Shown: in pieces, positions 22,334-34,723 of the stretch
Layout of the letters: every line of letters starts with the position of its first letter
Numbering within the stretch: the first letter of the stretch is position 1
Assembly (NCBI GenBank): GCA_002269645.1
Contig: NIVC01002482.1
Location: 62,001-126,000 of the forward strand
Source: Macrostomum lignano
Taxonomy: Eukaryota
Direction of reading: 5' to 3'
DNA: 64,000 nt
Made by a program: the position numbers and the translations under genes
Notes under the pieces: model-generated
The model's input: only the letters and a program-made list of their open reading frames with translations
The model's database searches: none
Told to the model about the DNA's origin: nothing

Positions 22334-25300
22334 CTAAGCGGAGCTCATCTGCTCCAGCTGCCTCAGCCGCTCGCGCCGGGTACGCAGCACCTTCTGGTCC
22401 CAGTCAGGCAGACTCTGCACCAGGTGGTTGGTCACGTGACGGTGCCCCAGGACCATCTGGCCATTGGCGTTGCTGGCGGGGCACTGCTTGGTTTTAACGA
22501 GAACGCGACTGCCTCGGAGACGCGGCTTCTGTATCTCCACGTCCTTTCGGATTCGAAGCAGGCGGGTAGAATGGAATTCAGTTGGTGCAATAAATTTATG
22601 GAAATTAACTTAAAATTATCCCCTCAACTCAATCTGTGATACTCAGTATCTCCCCTCAACTCAATCCGTGATACTCAGTATCTCCCCTCAACTCAATCCG
22701 TGATACTCAGTATCTTCCCCTCAACTCAATTCGAGTTTCCGCCATCTAAAGTAAAAGTTCCCAGTCCAATCAGACTGTCCATTTCTTACCGGCAGTCGCA
22801 GAAGAGGCTCCACATGCGGCTTTTGACCTTTGACGTTGCCGCCAATGCCACCGCCAACCGCGCCGACGCCGGGTCTACGATAAACAACACCTGCTGTATC
22901 CGTGCAGAAGGCTTCAATGCGACGCTCAATCAGGCGCAGGTGCGCTTTGGACAATTCGAAATCCGTCAGCAGTCGGGGCACGCCAGAGTTCGAGGTTGTC
23001 CAGGCGGCACTCGGAGGTGCATTGGCGGCGCCTGCTGAGTCACCAGGCCCTTTGCCAGCATCAGTCGGGCGGAAGGCCGCTCTGTTGGCCTCGTTGGCAG
23101 CGAAAGCAGCAGCAGGCTGTCGATATTCTGAGTGGAGGCAAGGACAAGTATTCAATCTTAAAATTTAAAATTTGGAATTAATTTTTTTGTTTCTCTCAAA
23201 AATGTAGACGTTTTGCGCGGCGGATGCTTTCTCGTTGAGTGTTCGCCCGTCGATTGCTTTCTCGTTGGGTGTTCGCCCGTCGGATGCTTTCCCGTTGGGT
23301 GTTCGCCCGTCGGATGCTTTCCCGTTGGGTGTTCGCCCGTCGGATGCTTTCTCGTTGAGTGTTCGCCCGTCGATTGCTTTCTCGTTGGGTGTTCGCCCGT
23401 CGGATGCTTTCCCGTTGGGTGTTCGCCCGTCGGATGCTTTCCCGTTGGGTGTTCGCCCGTCGGATGCTTTCCCGTTGGGTGTTCGCCCGTCGGATGCTTT
23501 CCCGTTGGGTGTTCGCCCGTCGGATGTTTTCCCGCTGGGTGTTCGCCCGTCGGATGTTTGTCCGCTGGGTGTTCGCCCGTCGGATGTTTGTCCGTTGGGT
23601 GTTCGCTCATCGGATGTTTGCCCGCCGCACATTTCCCAGCTACAATATTCTTCAATAGTTCAAGTTTAGCCCAGCCTAGCCTTCCCTTAATTTGCTTCCT
23701 TAACACGAGAATACTTTGCTCTTGAAGATTTTTTACTGTATGTTTTATGCGATTTTCAGTACACAGTCACTTTTGTGCAAATAAATATTCAAATAATTTA
23801 AGTTTGACACCGACTTAAAATTGTTCTTAATTTTAAACTCAGTGTAAGATTCGAACGATTCTAGAAAGATTTAATCATCAAAGAAGCTTGAAACGAAACT
23901 GTTTACTGCATAAGACAGACGAAATTTCGATACTATACCTGCTGAAATTACGAATAATCATTCCCACTTGCATTAAGAGGATCCACAACAATACAAGTAC
24001 AAGCGAATCTACAAGCTACATCTGATAGACGCGTACAAAAAGCTGCACCAATCACTCCGACCAGATGAATTTTCAGCTACTACGGTGTACAAACGTCGGC
24101 GGGGCAAACGTCTCGCTGCCAAAATTCTCCACCCCTTCAGGATATTTGCGAGCCAAAGATGCCAAAAAGTCTTGCGTTTTATGTTTCTACTAAGGAACTG
24201 TTAAATATCTCGACGGCCTCGAATATCGCCGAGTTAAAAAACTTGCTCGCAAAATCGAGACAATTTTGTAGAATTGTGGAACTGAGCGTCCGATTTTTCA
24301 CCCAAATTAATTGCCAAAAAATACAAGCTACGCTAGCCAAACAGCATATCACTGATGCTTTGATACCTTTACAGTTGTTTCTTTTCAAGTTCACCCATTA
24401 TCTTAGACGAGACAAAGAAGACATTTCTTTTTGTTTGAAGAGTAGGAAATGTTGCGGGCCATTCCTCCTTTAAAGTTGGGTATGAGTTCTACTTAACTGC
24501 GAAAAAATAGTGCTGATTTAGTGTATCGTCTTTGCTCCATCCGGGTTACGCGATGAAAGCCAGTCGAAAAAGATTTTTAAAGCATCTAACTGTTGATCAA
24601 TCAGCCTTCCAGGAATTTTATCTAAATATTTTATCCACTCAGAGCTCCATTTTTCAACAGAAATCAAAATCAGGCCGCTCACCCAGACCCGAGACTATTC
24701 CTTTCTCGGATGCTTCCAGTTCGCGTTGCAACAGCCGGCGACTCCTAGGGACCGTGCGCCGCCGCTGCTGCTGCTGCTGCTGCCACATCTTCAACTGCGG
24801 CTGCCCGCTGTCCAGCTCAGACTCCCTGGCCTCTTCCTCATCTTCGTTCTGAAGCGACGCGACCAGTTTAGCCGGCCTCGATCGCTCTCGAAGATGCCGC
24901 CTGCGCTCCGCATTCACCCGGCACAGGTGGCGATAGTAGAGCGACGCATCGGCCGGAGCCGGACCCAGCTGGCTGCGGCCCTCCACGTACATGGCCAGCA
25001 TGTGCTGCCAGAGCAGGTCGCCAGGCGGCGGCTGCTTGCGCGTGTGCATCAGCCAAGCCTGGCGTTGTTGCTGCTGCAGCTGGCGCTGCTCCTCGCCTGC
25101 TGCCACGGGATCTGTGGAAGCCGCGGTTGCTGCGGCTGCAGCCGCGGCTACTGCCGCTGCCGCCGCGGCACCGCCCGCAATTCGAGGATCCTGGCCGAGT
25201 CGACGCATCAGAGGGGCCCGACGTGAACGAGACTGCAGACGGAGCAGGATCGTTTGGCGCAGCTGGGCCAGAGCGCCGCGGTTGCGAGACAGCAGTCGGC

Positions 25301-28300
25301 GACAATTGGCGCGATTCAGCCAGTAGCCGTAGGTGTTGTCGACGCTTATTGCAGTTGTGAGACTCTCGCCTAAACTTGCGAGCAGCTCCACTTGCCCGAG
25401 AATCTCGCCCTCGCCTAGCAAGGCAATCTCGACCTGACGACTGCGCTGCCTCTGCTCAGCAGCCTGGTAGCCCTGACGATGTCGAAGCAGTCCCGCCTGC
25501 ACGGCCGCTGCAGCCGGAGCCGGAGTCGCTGCCGGCGCCGCTGAAGATTGTTCGTCCTTCTCTGACTTCTGGATGCTCGCCGGCCACCTGATTGGATCGG
25601 CGAGCAGCTTCACGGATCCTCTTGACAGATGGGAAATGAATGCACTTTGCTTTATTCTGGTTCGCTCCTAGAATCAAATTTCTCGGTTTTATTTTTTACG
25701 TTTGTTTCCCTACATAGAAGCATATTTTAACGAGACTTGAGTTTGAAGGCAAAGTTGCACCTGAATTTGGACTTATTGTCATGGCAACTACCGGTTGTCT
25801 ATCAAGGCCCCCGTAGACGAAAAAATTCAACAGGTCTACTATTTTTCCTCTCTCCCCCTGGAGCAGGCTTTCTCATTGCACTGGGAGGCTCACCCCAAAC
25901 CCATAGCAGTGTCTGAATGGTCGGGTGGTCAGCAGTGCGGCCTCCACCACCCCCGCCCCTTACTGGGGATCATGCAGCCAGGTATCAGCAACAGTAGAGG
26001 CAGTTTTTGGGAGCCGGGAAATTTCAGCTGAGGTGGTGGAAGCAACCGGAGCAAGCATTGTCTTGCAGCAGCAATGCTTGGGATACGAGGATATACCTAC
26101 ACTTGCTAACCATGCACGCATTGGAAACACGTGACAACTTCACGTTTCTCACGTCCATTTATTGAAGCACACTTCTGCATCCTAAACCTGGCATGATTAC
26201 TCTGAAATTCAACTACCTCGCAGCTGTCAGATCCTAAGTGGAGATGCTTCAAAATTAATATCCGGGTATTTAAAGTTTGAGTATACCGTACGTGAAGCCG
26301 GGTGTAATTCGGGTTTGTGAATTTTGTAGATTTTGAAACGCCCTCCTCGAAAATGGGACGATGTCATGTCACCGAAGGCTTTGCGCCAGGTGCCCGCAGC
26401 CATAAAATTATCATATATTACAATATTATAGCTATTAAGTGGATGGACTCGCTTCCTCACCCAACAATAAAGAACAGGCCTCCGCTCTTCTGTCCCTGCT
26501 GCACAATCGGCTCGCCGTATCCGTACACCTCCTTGTGCAGGCTGTTGCGCAGGCTCTGCCGCTGCTTCGGTCGCCAGTTGACGAACACAGGGCAGGTGTC
26601 TATGAAGCTCTCGATCATCTGGTACTCCTGCAGCTGGTAGGCTTTAAGAGTTCTAGCAAATGACACCTGGTGAATTACTAGCACTGCGACATCCTCATCG
26701 CAGATGACGGACGCCTTACGGATGCTGTTAGGACTGGTGAGGGCGATCTCGCCGAATGCGTAGCCCTCGCCCATCTGCAGCACGTGAGCGCCTAGCAAGC
26801 GGCTGCGCAACTCTTCTGCGTCCTCGCCGTGACTGGCTAATTTATTAGCATCATCGAGGAAGGCCAAGTCCACATCCTCGTCGGCATCTTCCGCATCCGC
26901 CTCTGGGTCCCGATCCGCTTGGTTGGGACCCCCTGCGCCTGAAGCTGAGGCGTCGGCAGCAGTGACAGACTCCGAGGCCTGCTCGGCATCGCTGTTGACA
27001 TACACGGAGACGCGTCCGGTGATCACCAGGTAGAAACTGTGGCCCTTCTCGCCCTGCCGAATGATCAGCTCATTGGCATGGAAACGCTGCAGGTGGCAGT
27101 CGCGAACGATTTCTCGAATAGCGTCTGGAAAGATTTTTTAACGAGTTGAAATCACAAATGCTAGAATAACTAGATGGGCCACTCAACACATTTGCGTGCA
27201 AGCTACTTTCAGTTCAGTAGCAAGTTAAACTGAAGCATTTTAATGTATTTTTAAAGACAAAGATTACAGGCTGCGTATTTACGAGTTATTGGCTCTTACC
27301 CCCCCCCCCATTTTAAACATTCAAACTCCACTCAAAACCTTTACCCCTGCCCCGCCACCCAATTTTTTTACTTTCCCCGGTTGTTCGAGCCTAAATCTGC
27401 CATGTACATTTCAGTGGCTTATCATGTACATTATGGTTGAACCAATTAGCAAGCTGTTAACGCCTGCAAGCTTGGGCTTCTGAACTTATCAAAGTCATCT
27501 CAGCTGCCTTTATTCTTATAAAATAGCTTAGGTATTCTTCATTGCTACTGAAATGAAAGTAGAAAGCTGTTTTGCTAGGTATTTATGCCTGAGTGGCCAA
27601 TCGAGTCATATTCTAGTATCTGAGGTTGAAATTGAGTTCGAGACCCCGAGTTTGATTCATAAACAACTGAAGTAAGTAGGACGCTACAGTCGATTTTGTT
27701 TGAAGTTACTTTTCAAAAAGGGTTGCAGACTAGTGGTTAGAGCGTCGGACTCGCGAATGAAAGGTCGGGGGTTCGATTCTTGACCCACTCGGAACAATTT
27801 GTGTCTTTGAGCAAGACACTTGACTCTGCATTGCTTCAGTTCAACCCAGCTGTAAAATGGGTGCCAGCATTAGCTGGGGTAATTGGGAGTGTGTGTGGCG
27901 ACCCCCCAGTCCTTGGACTGAACAGCCGTACGCAGCTTTCAGATGCGCAATAGCTGGAGTTTGTCACGTCGGGCACTCATGCCTAGCTGAAAGTGCGCAT
28001 AAAAAGGCAGGACCGCCGTACACCCACCCTGTGTGAGCGTGTGCCTGCGTACATATCCGAGTTCGTGCTCAAAGGGTCAGCAAACTCGGAATGACTGCTT
28101 GCCTCCTGGCTGGCTGCTTGTCGACTTTCGCCATTGAGTTGCGGCACATGACCAAAGCCTCTCTGTATTTTTTCTACATGGCGATAGATTTCAACCGACA
28201 ATGCAAACTTTTCGCACTGATTTCTTTTCTTTACAATGCCTGCACAGTCGGTACATGAACTCTCAGACTTCTTGAAACACAAGTGGGCTCCCCCTGCACT

Positions 28301-30417
28301 GAAATTAGTTTCCTCTCAGTGAGATTAGTTTCCTCTCAGTGAGATTAGTTTCCCTCTCATTGAGATTAGTTTCCCTCCCATTGACATTAGTTTCCAACTC
28401 ATTGAGATTCACTTCTGTCATTAAGATTCACTTCTGTCTCATTGAGATTCGCTTCTGTCTCATTGAGATTCACTTCTGTCTCATTGAGATTCGCTTCTGT
28501 CTGACTGAGATTCACTTCTGTCTCACTGAGATTCACTTCTGTCTCATTGAGATTCGCTTCTGTCTGACTGAGATTCACTTCTGTCTCACTGAGATTCACT
28601 TCTGTCTCATTGAGATTCGCTTCTGTCTGACTGAGATTCACTTCTGTCTCATTGAGAATCACTTCTGTCTCATTAAGATTCACTTCTGTCTCATTGAGAT
28701 TCACTTCTGTCTCACTGAGATTCACTTCTGTCTCATTGAGATTCACTTCTGTCTCATTAAGATTCACTTCTGTCTCGTTGAGATTCACTTCTGTCTCATT
28801 GAGATTCGCTTCTGTCTGACTGAGATTCACTTCTGTCTCACTGAGATTCACTTCTGTCTCATTGAGATTCGCTTCTGTCTGACTGAGATTCACTTCTGTC
28901 TCATTGAGAATCACTTCTGTCTCATTAAGATTCACTTCTGTCTCATTGAGATTCACTTCTGTCTCACTGAGATTCACTTCTGTCTCATTGAGATTCACTT
29001 CTGTCTCATTAAGATTCACTTCTGTCTCGTTGAGATTCACTTCTGTCTCATTGAGATTCACGTCTGTCTCATTGAGATTAACTTTTGTCTCATTGAGATT
29101 CACTTCTGTCTCATTGAGATTCACTTCTGTCTCATTGAGATTCACTTCTGTCTCACTGAGATTCACTTCTGTCTCATTGAGATTCACTTCTGTCTCACTG
29201 AGATTCACTTCTGTCTCATTGAGAATCACTTCTGTCTCACTGAGATTCACTTCTGTCTCATTAAGATTCACTTCTGTCTCATTGAGATTCACTTCTGTCT
29301 CATTGAGATTCACTTCTGTCTCATTGAGATTCACTTCTGTCTCATTGAGATTCACGTCTGTCTCATTGAGATTCACTTCTGTCTCATTGAGATTCACTTC
29401 TGTCTCGTTGAGATTCACTTCTGTCTCATTGAGATTCACTTCTGTCTCATTGAGAATCACTTCTGTCTCATTGAGAATCACTTCTGTCTCATTGAGATTC
29501 ACTTCTGTCTCATTAAGATTCACTTCTGTCTCATTGAGATTCACTTCTGTCAAACTGAGATTCACTTCTGTCTCATTGAGATTCACTTCTGTCAAACTGA
29601 GATTCACTTCTGTCTCATTGAGATTCACTTCTGTCTCATTGAGATTCACTTCTGTCTCACTGAGATTCACTTCTGTCTCATTGAGATTCGCTTCTGTCTC
29701 ATTGAGATTCACTTCTGTCTCATTGAGATTCACTTCTGTCTCATTGAGATTCACTTCTGTCTCATTGAGATTCACTTCTGTCTCACTGAGATTCACTTCT
29801 GTCTCATTGAGATTCACTTCTGTCTCATTAAGATTCACTTCTGTCTCATTGAGATTCACTTCTGTCTCATTGAGATTCACTTCTGTCTCATTGAGATTCA
29901 CTTCTGTCTCATTGAGATTCACTTCTGTCTCACTGAGATTCACTTCTGTCTCACTGAGATTCACTTCTGTCTCATTGAGATTCACTTCTGTCTCATTGAG
30001 ATTCACTTCTGTCTCACTGAGATTCACTTCTGTCTCACTGAGATTCACTTCTGTCTCACTGAGATTCACTTCTGTCTCACTGAGATTCACTTCTGTCTCA
30101 TTGAGATTCGCTTCTGTCTCACTGAGATTCACTTCTGTCTCATTGAGATTCACTTCTGTCTCATTGAGATTCACTTCTGTCTCATTGAGATTCACTTCTG
30201 TCTCATTGAGATTCACTTTAATAGGTCGAGAGCAAGCGCTTGAACGCAATGGGCTAGCAACAACACCGAACTCAGGAACCAGCGTACCTTTGTTGCGCAG
30301 CTTCCGAAAATATGAGCTGCTGGATTCGATCCACCTGGCCAAGAACTCGATCTCCTCCTCGTTGCGCCCCTCTGGCGCAGTCTCGTACAGGCTGATGACG
30401 CGGTCCGTGAAACTCAT
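22334..30417 (-). CDS. Cyclic-nucleotide-binding-domain protein (CNBD2-like), 5 exons, ~759 aa
   Basis: Exons 30417-30288, 27124-26461, 25620-24683, 23127-22790 and 22543-22334 all have GT-AG boundaries with consistent phases (2280 nt). cNMP motifs IIRQGEKGHSFYLVITGRV, FGEIAL..RKASV, IVQQGQKSGGLFFIVGGSV, LGEGEILG. Confidence 0.85.
22617..22730. repeat. 32-bp tandem repeat (~3.5 copies) in intron 4
   Basis: TGATACTCAGTATCTCCCCTCAACTCAATCCG at 22637, 22669 and 22701. Confidence 0.9.
23212..23630. repeat. 30-bp minisatellite (CGGATGCTTTCCCGTTGGGTGTTCGCCCGT)n in intron 3
   Basis: About 14 tandem units. Confidence 0.95.
27153..27624. mobile_element. hAT-type MITE, copy A
   Basis: TIR CACARATGCTAGAATA, perfect 8-bp TSD GTTGAAAT; reverse-complement homolog at 51942-52375. 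Confidence 0.9.
27720..28110 (+). mobile_element. tRNA-derived SINE (family B) with CORE-like central domain
   Basis: tRNA head TAGTGGTTAGAGCGTCGGACT...GGTTCGATTC; CORE-like TTGAGCAAGACACTT...CAGCTGTAAAATGGG; second copy at 55830-56100. The 3' boundary is uncertain. Confidence 0.8.
28300..30217. repeat. 21-bp minisatellite (TTGAGATTCACTTCTGTCTCA)n in intron 1 of the CNBD gene
   Basis: About 87 units; a diverged variant (GAGATTAGTTTCC...) at the left edge; 252-bp higher-order recurrence. Confidence 0.98.
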
Positions 30418-30913
30418 TGCTGATTTCTTCTTGGCAGGTCAAGTCAGTTGGGTCACGACTCGGGGTGAATTCGCTAAGCTTAATTAAATGAGTAGCGCAA
30501 ACATGTCTTTTTTGAGCTGCCCTTACCTCTCGCGCTTCACTCGCCTTGGCCAAGTCAACTTTACGAGCGGTTTAAATACACAAAAAGCACAGGCGCAAGC
30601 ACAGTCCTTTAGATTAAGGCTTGATCTTCGGCATATCGTTATTCGCTATCTCATCTCTGCCATATGGCTCGGCCAAGCAGCCTGCGTGCATGGCGTCAAG
30701 GTTTGAGTTGTGCTCACATTATTATCTTGGTCGGCTCACCCGCTCAGGACTCGACTTTTGGGCTCAATTTCGGTTGCCATGGAGATCCGAATTTTTTGCG
30801 CTATTTTCTCTCTCTCTCTTTCTAGGTAAGTTATGGTAGGATAGCATTTTAATAGTTCTGATTTATTTATGGGCCAATAAGATGTGCGTGCTCGAGCATG
30901 AGGAATGACAACG

Positions 30914-30917
<4 letters not shown>

Positions 30918-31001
<84 letters not shown>
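30918..31001. repeat. (CT)n microsatellite
   Basis: Direct reading. Confidence 0.97.
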
Positions 31002-31917
31002 AACGTTAGCACTCTTAATTGAGTCTTAATTCTGGCTCCCATGACTCGGGCCAGCTGTGACTTGCTTTAGTTCTAAATACACGAGGGTTGAGTCTCGGGT
31101 CTCAGACCAGCCACCGAGATTTATTCCCAGGAAACTCTCCCCAGCCTCCCTCCATCCAATTAATCACCAGGTGGGTTCGCGACAGGAATATAAGAGTCCA
31201 AGTCTAATATATAATTGCAGAGCTATTAAACTATACTCTATGGAATACTATAAAAATATAATTTTTTACTGAAAGTTTTCAGAAAATGCCGTCACACTTC
31301 TACTGCTTGTGAGTAGCATATATTGCGCATTTTATTTTAGCTCAGAATATACACTATTGAGGTTCAGGTACACCGTACAAGTACTTATATGTGTGAGGAG
31401 AGAGAGTAGCAGTCACGCACACACAGGCCAGCCTTATTCAGCAGCTGTCAAATGTCAGGTCAGCCGGAGTGCATACTGTAGGTAAATGAGTCAGAATTCA
31501 CCGAGAGTGTGCCTGCACCAGCGTGTCAATGGGTTACTAACTTCATCCCTCTAGCGCATTTATTTGCCTGCTTTGTCTCTTATGCATTGCCAGTCCAAGT
31601 GCACCTGGGATGATTTTGTGACCAAGAGGCGAGACCAAGAGGAGTGGAGAAGCGGCATTGAGTGAGAGAAAAGACATTCGTCGTGAGATATGAGAGCTGA
31701 AATAATCAAGCAGATCCCCAGACAGCCGAAAATTAAAAATTTTGAATCTCAATTTTTACAATTTTCAACAAAAAGTGTGATATTGAGATAGTGCGTTCGA
31801 ATCTAGGCCCTCTGACAAAAAGTGGCACCTGACCTGGATGATTATGTTACAACAATGTCATCGACTGTGTATTGGGTGCTGTCTGCTGTGGCTCTGGCGC
31901 GTGGCCCCTCCCCCCTG

Positions 31918-32310
31918 AGTTCATGATGATTTCATGAGTTCATGAGTTCATGAGTGAGTTCATGAGTTCATGAGTGATTTAATGAGTGAGTTCATGAGTG
32001 AGTTCATGAGTGAGTTCATAAGTTCCTGATCCTGGGTTTTTGGGTTCATGAGTTCATTGGTTCATTAGTTAATGAGTTATTGAGTTCGAGTTCCTGAGTT
32101 CATGAATACATGAGTGAGTTCATGAGATGATGAGTGAGTTCATGAGATGATGAGTGAGTTCATGAGATGATGAGTGAGTTCATGAGATGATGAGTGAGTT
32201 CATGAGATGATGAGTGAGTTCATGAGATGATGAGTGAGTTCATGAGATGATGAGTGAGTTCATGAGATGATGAGTGAGTTCATATTCATAAGTTGATGAG
32301 TTCAGAGTTC
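31918..32310. repeat. CATGAGTT-based minisatellite, including the 20-bp unit CATGAGATGATGAGTGAGTT
   Basis: Direct tandem repeats. Confidence 0.92.
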
Positions 32311-34508
32311 ACGAGATGCGAGATTGAAATGATTGCACCTCACTTTGTCGACTCTATCTTTGTAGAAACAAAGATATACACAGACAGAAAATGCTCATTA
32401 ATTGCCTGCTAGTTGGGCATACGGTTTACTAATAAGAATAATGTGTAAGAATCAATATGGATCCGACTAACTGCATGACCAACTAATATAAATTTTAGCA
32501 ATAGAATTATAATTTCTAATTGACCACCGGACCGGAGCTGCCGCGTGGAGCAGATAAAAGCTGTTTCCGGGATGGCAAGGGCTCATTATATTTTTGAGAA
32601 GGCTAAAGACCACAGTGCAATCTCATTAATACAATAGCACTTTAATGTGAACTATAGAGAAAGACAAATTTCCAAATTATTTTATTCCAATTTTCCAATA
32701 GCTGTTTAACAACAAAAAGCAAACCAATCTAAAGGCATTATGCTACAAAAAGCTTTTTCTCCAGCAGGCCTCAGTTTGGGAGTCACTTTTTTAATACAAA
32801 ATTCACTGTCAAACCCTCAGTCCATTCCTCAAGGCTTGCCTTTCCTACTTGAATTCTATTGGCTGGCTTGGTCCCCCCCCCCCCCCCCCCCAGTTCAAGC
32901 CCCGCACGTTTCGGGTAAATTTCCCATATCCATGGCCTATTTATAGCAACTGACGTCAGTCCCACCCCTTCGTCAAGCCTCCACCCCAACCCCCCTCGGC
33001 CCCGAGAGAATCTTCAATAAGCGCGCCCTTAGCAATTTAGGTAAAGCTGCGCCCTTCCTTTCTGGCTTGTTCCTTTGCCATATATGCGCTTGTAGTTTGC
33101 TCTTGCCGCATTTTCCATTCACCACTTTTACCTAACAGCCACTCTGCCACCTAATTCTAAATTGATAGTAATGCAGCGGTAAGTAATAAACCCTCAAACT
33201 GAGTGAGTTAATCGACAAAGCATTATCTTAAGCCGGTGAGGTAGTGGGTTGTTCAGCAACGGAACGCAGCAAATGTGTCCCCCTAACTCTGCATCATACG
33301 TTCTAATAGTAAGTTACTTTTATGTAGCTCATTATTAGAATACGGATGCAGTGCATGATGGTTCCTCAAAATCTGCTGGGCACCTCACTAGCTTGCTCGA
33401 AAGTCGATTGTGCTACAATGCTCAAGTATCCTGTTTGTTTAACGTTAAGTATCGTTTGTCAGCGATTTCTGCGCATGCATGCATATTGACATTCAGGTAC
33501 AGCACTGATAATTTAACAGGCAAATATGCATTTTTAACTAAAGTACACAACACGACAACAAAACAATGCTAGTATCAAGTATTGCACCAGTACTTTTATA
33601 CTGGTTATTTTGATGCGGAAATGTCCAAAATTGATGCCAATTTGAGAGCCAAGATTTACTATAGCCGAGTATAGGTTATATAGTTTACTCTGGTTAATGA
33701 TATTGCTAGAAAGCATTGAATTGTTGAGATCTCAAACACTGAGATTAAGATTGATATTTCATTCTTAGATTTAAGAATTCTTTTAAGAAACAAATAAAGA
33801 GGATAGATGGGAACGCCAGGCCCGACACATTCCATTCCACATACCAAATATGACTACTGTGGACTGGGAGTGAGGACAGGGAGAACTTATTATATAGTGA
33901 GCACAATTCCATAAAGGACGAACATAAAAATATAGATAAAGGCGGCTGTTTACAGTCTCTACCAAAACCAAATTCCTGAACCTTCTTGCTAAACACAAAA
34001 TAAGTAAGCAGTAACGTAAATGGAGGTCTTTGTCTCGCTCGGCATCACACGAGGACTGGGGCTTGTTTTTGTCTGGCGTGTGTCTCGAATTTGAACTTTG
34101 TTTTATCAACTTAACGACCCCGTCTGGAGAGGAACGGGGACGAGAACATAGGGAGTGGCCTTGAGCAGGGAGCACCGGAGCACTGAGAGACTTGAAATTG
34201 AAAATGAACACCCCCGAAAATGGGGCTATGCAGAGGCCAGTTTGTATAAAAAAAAGCTTTGCAAGATGGGCCTAGAACCCTTTACTTTCTGCGCAAAGCT
34301 AAACCGATTTTTATGACAATCTTCACTCTTCAGTCTTCACACAACTGGCACGAGTTTCATATTGGAAAATGAGCAGAAAGTTTAAAATCATTTTTTGGCA
34401 TCAAAGCTATGTACATTAAAAACTGGCAACCAACTTTAAATAAACAGTTGTGTTATTCCGGGGCCGGTGCTCTCCTGAGAGTGTTCTAAACGTACACCCA
34501 CTACCCGG

Positions 34509-34529
34509 CTCTCTCTCTCTCTCTCTTTT

Positions 34530-34564
<35 letters not shown>

Positions 34565-34570
34565 GTCTCG
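34509..34570. repeat. (CT)n microsatellite
   Basis: Direct reading. Confidence 0.9.
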
Positions 34571-34691
34571 GTTTTGATCTGTTGACTCCCCCCGTGTTTT
34601 GTTATTACAATCTTGTGCATCACTGACTATCTGCCACTGAAATGTATTTATACTCTACGTTTTGACTTAAATTAAATAAATTCCAATCTGC

Positions 34692-34723
34692 CCGATGATG
34701 CCTAAAGTTAGGCGAAACATGTC
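34692..34723 (+). ncRNA. Degenerate minimal hammerhead ribozyme motif (Penelope-like-element type)
   Basis: CCGATGA-T-GCCTA(AAGT)TAGGC-GAAAC-AT-GTC: perfect stem II, GAAA, palindromic stem III and GUC triplet. The U4>C change and weak stem I suggest a relic. Confidence 0.55.

Noticed and set aside
23158-23725. ORFs over the 30-bp repeat (e.g. HPTGK repeats)
   Set aside because: They lie in intron 3 of the CNBD gene, all frames are open because of the repeat, and there is no splice support.
24455-24475. Possible Kolobok-like terminus (CATTCCTCCTTTAA)
   Set aside because: No matching opposite end or TSD found.
28339-30487. Plus-strand 634-aa and 527-aa repeat ORFs
   Set aside because: Products of the 21-bp satellite with no unique coding flanks.
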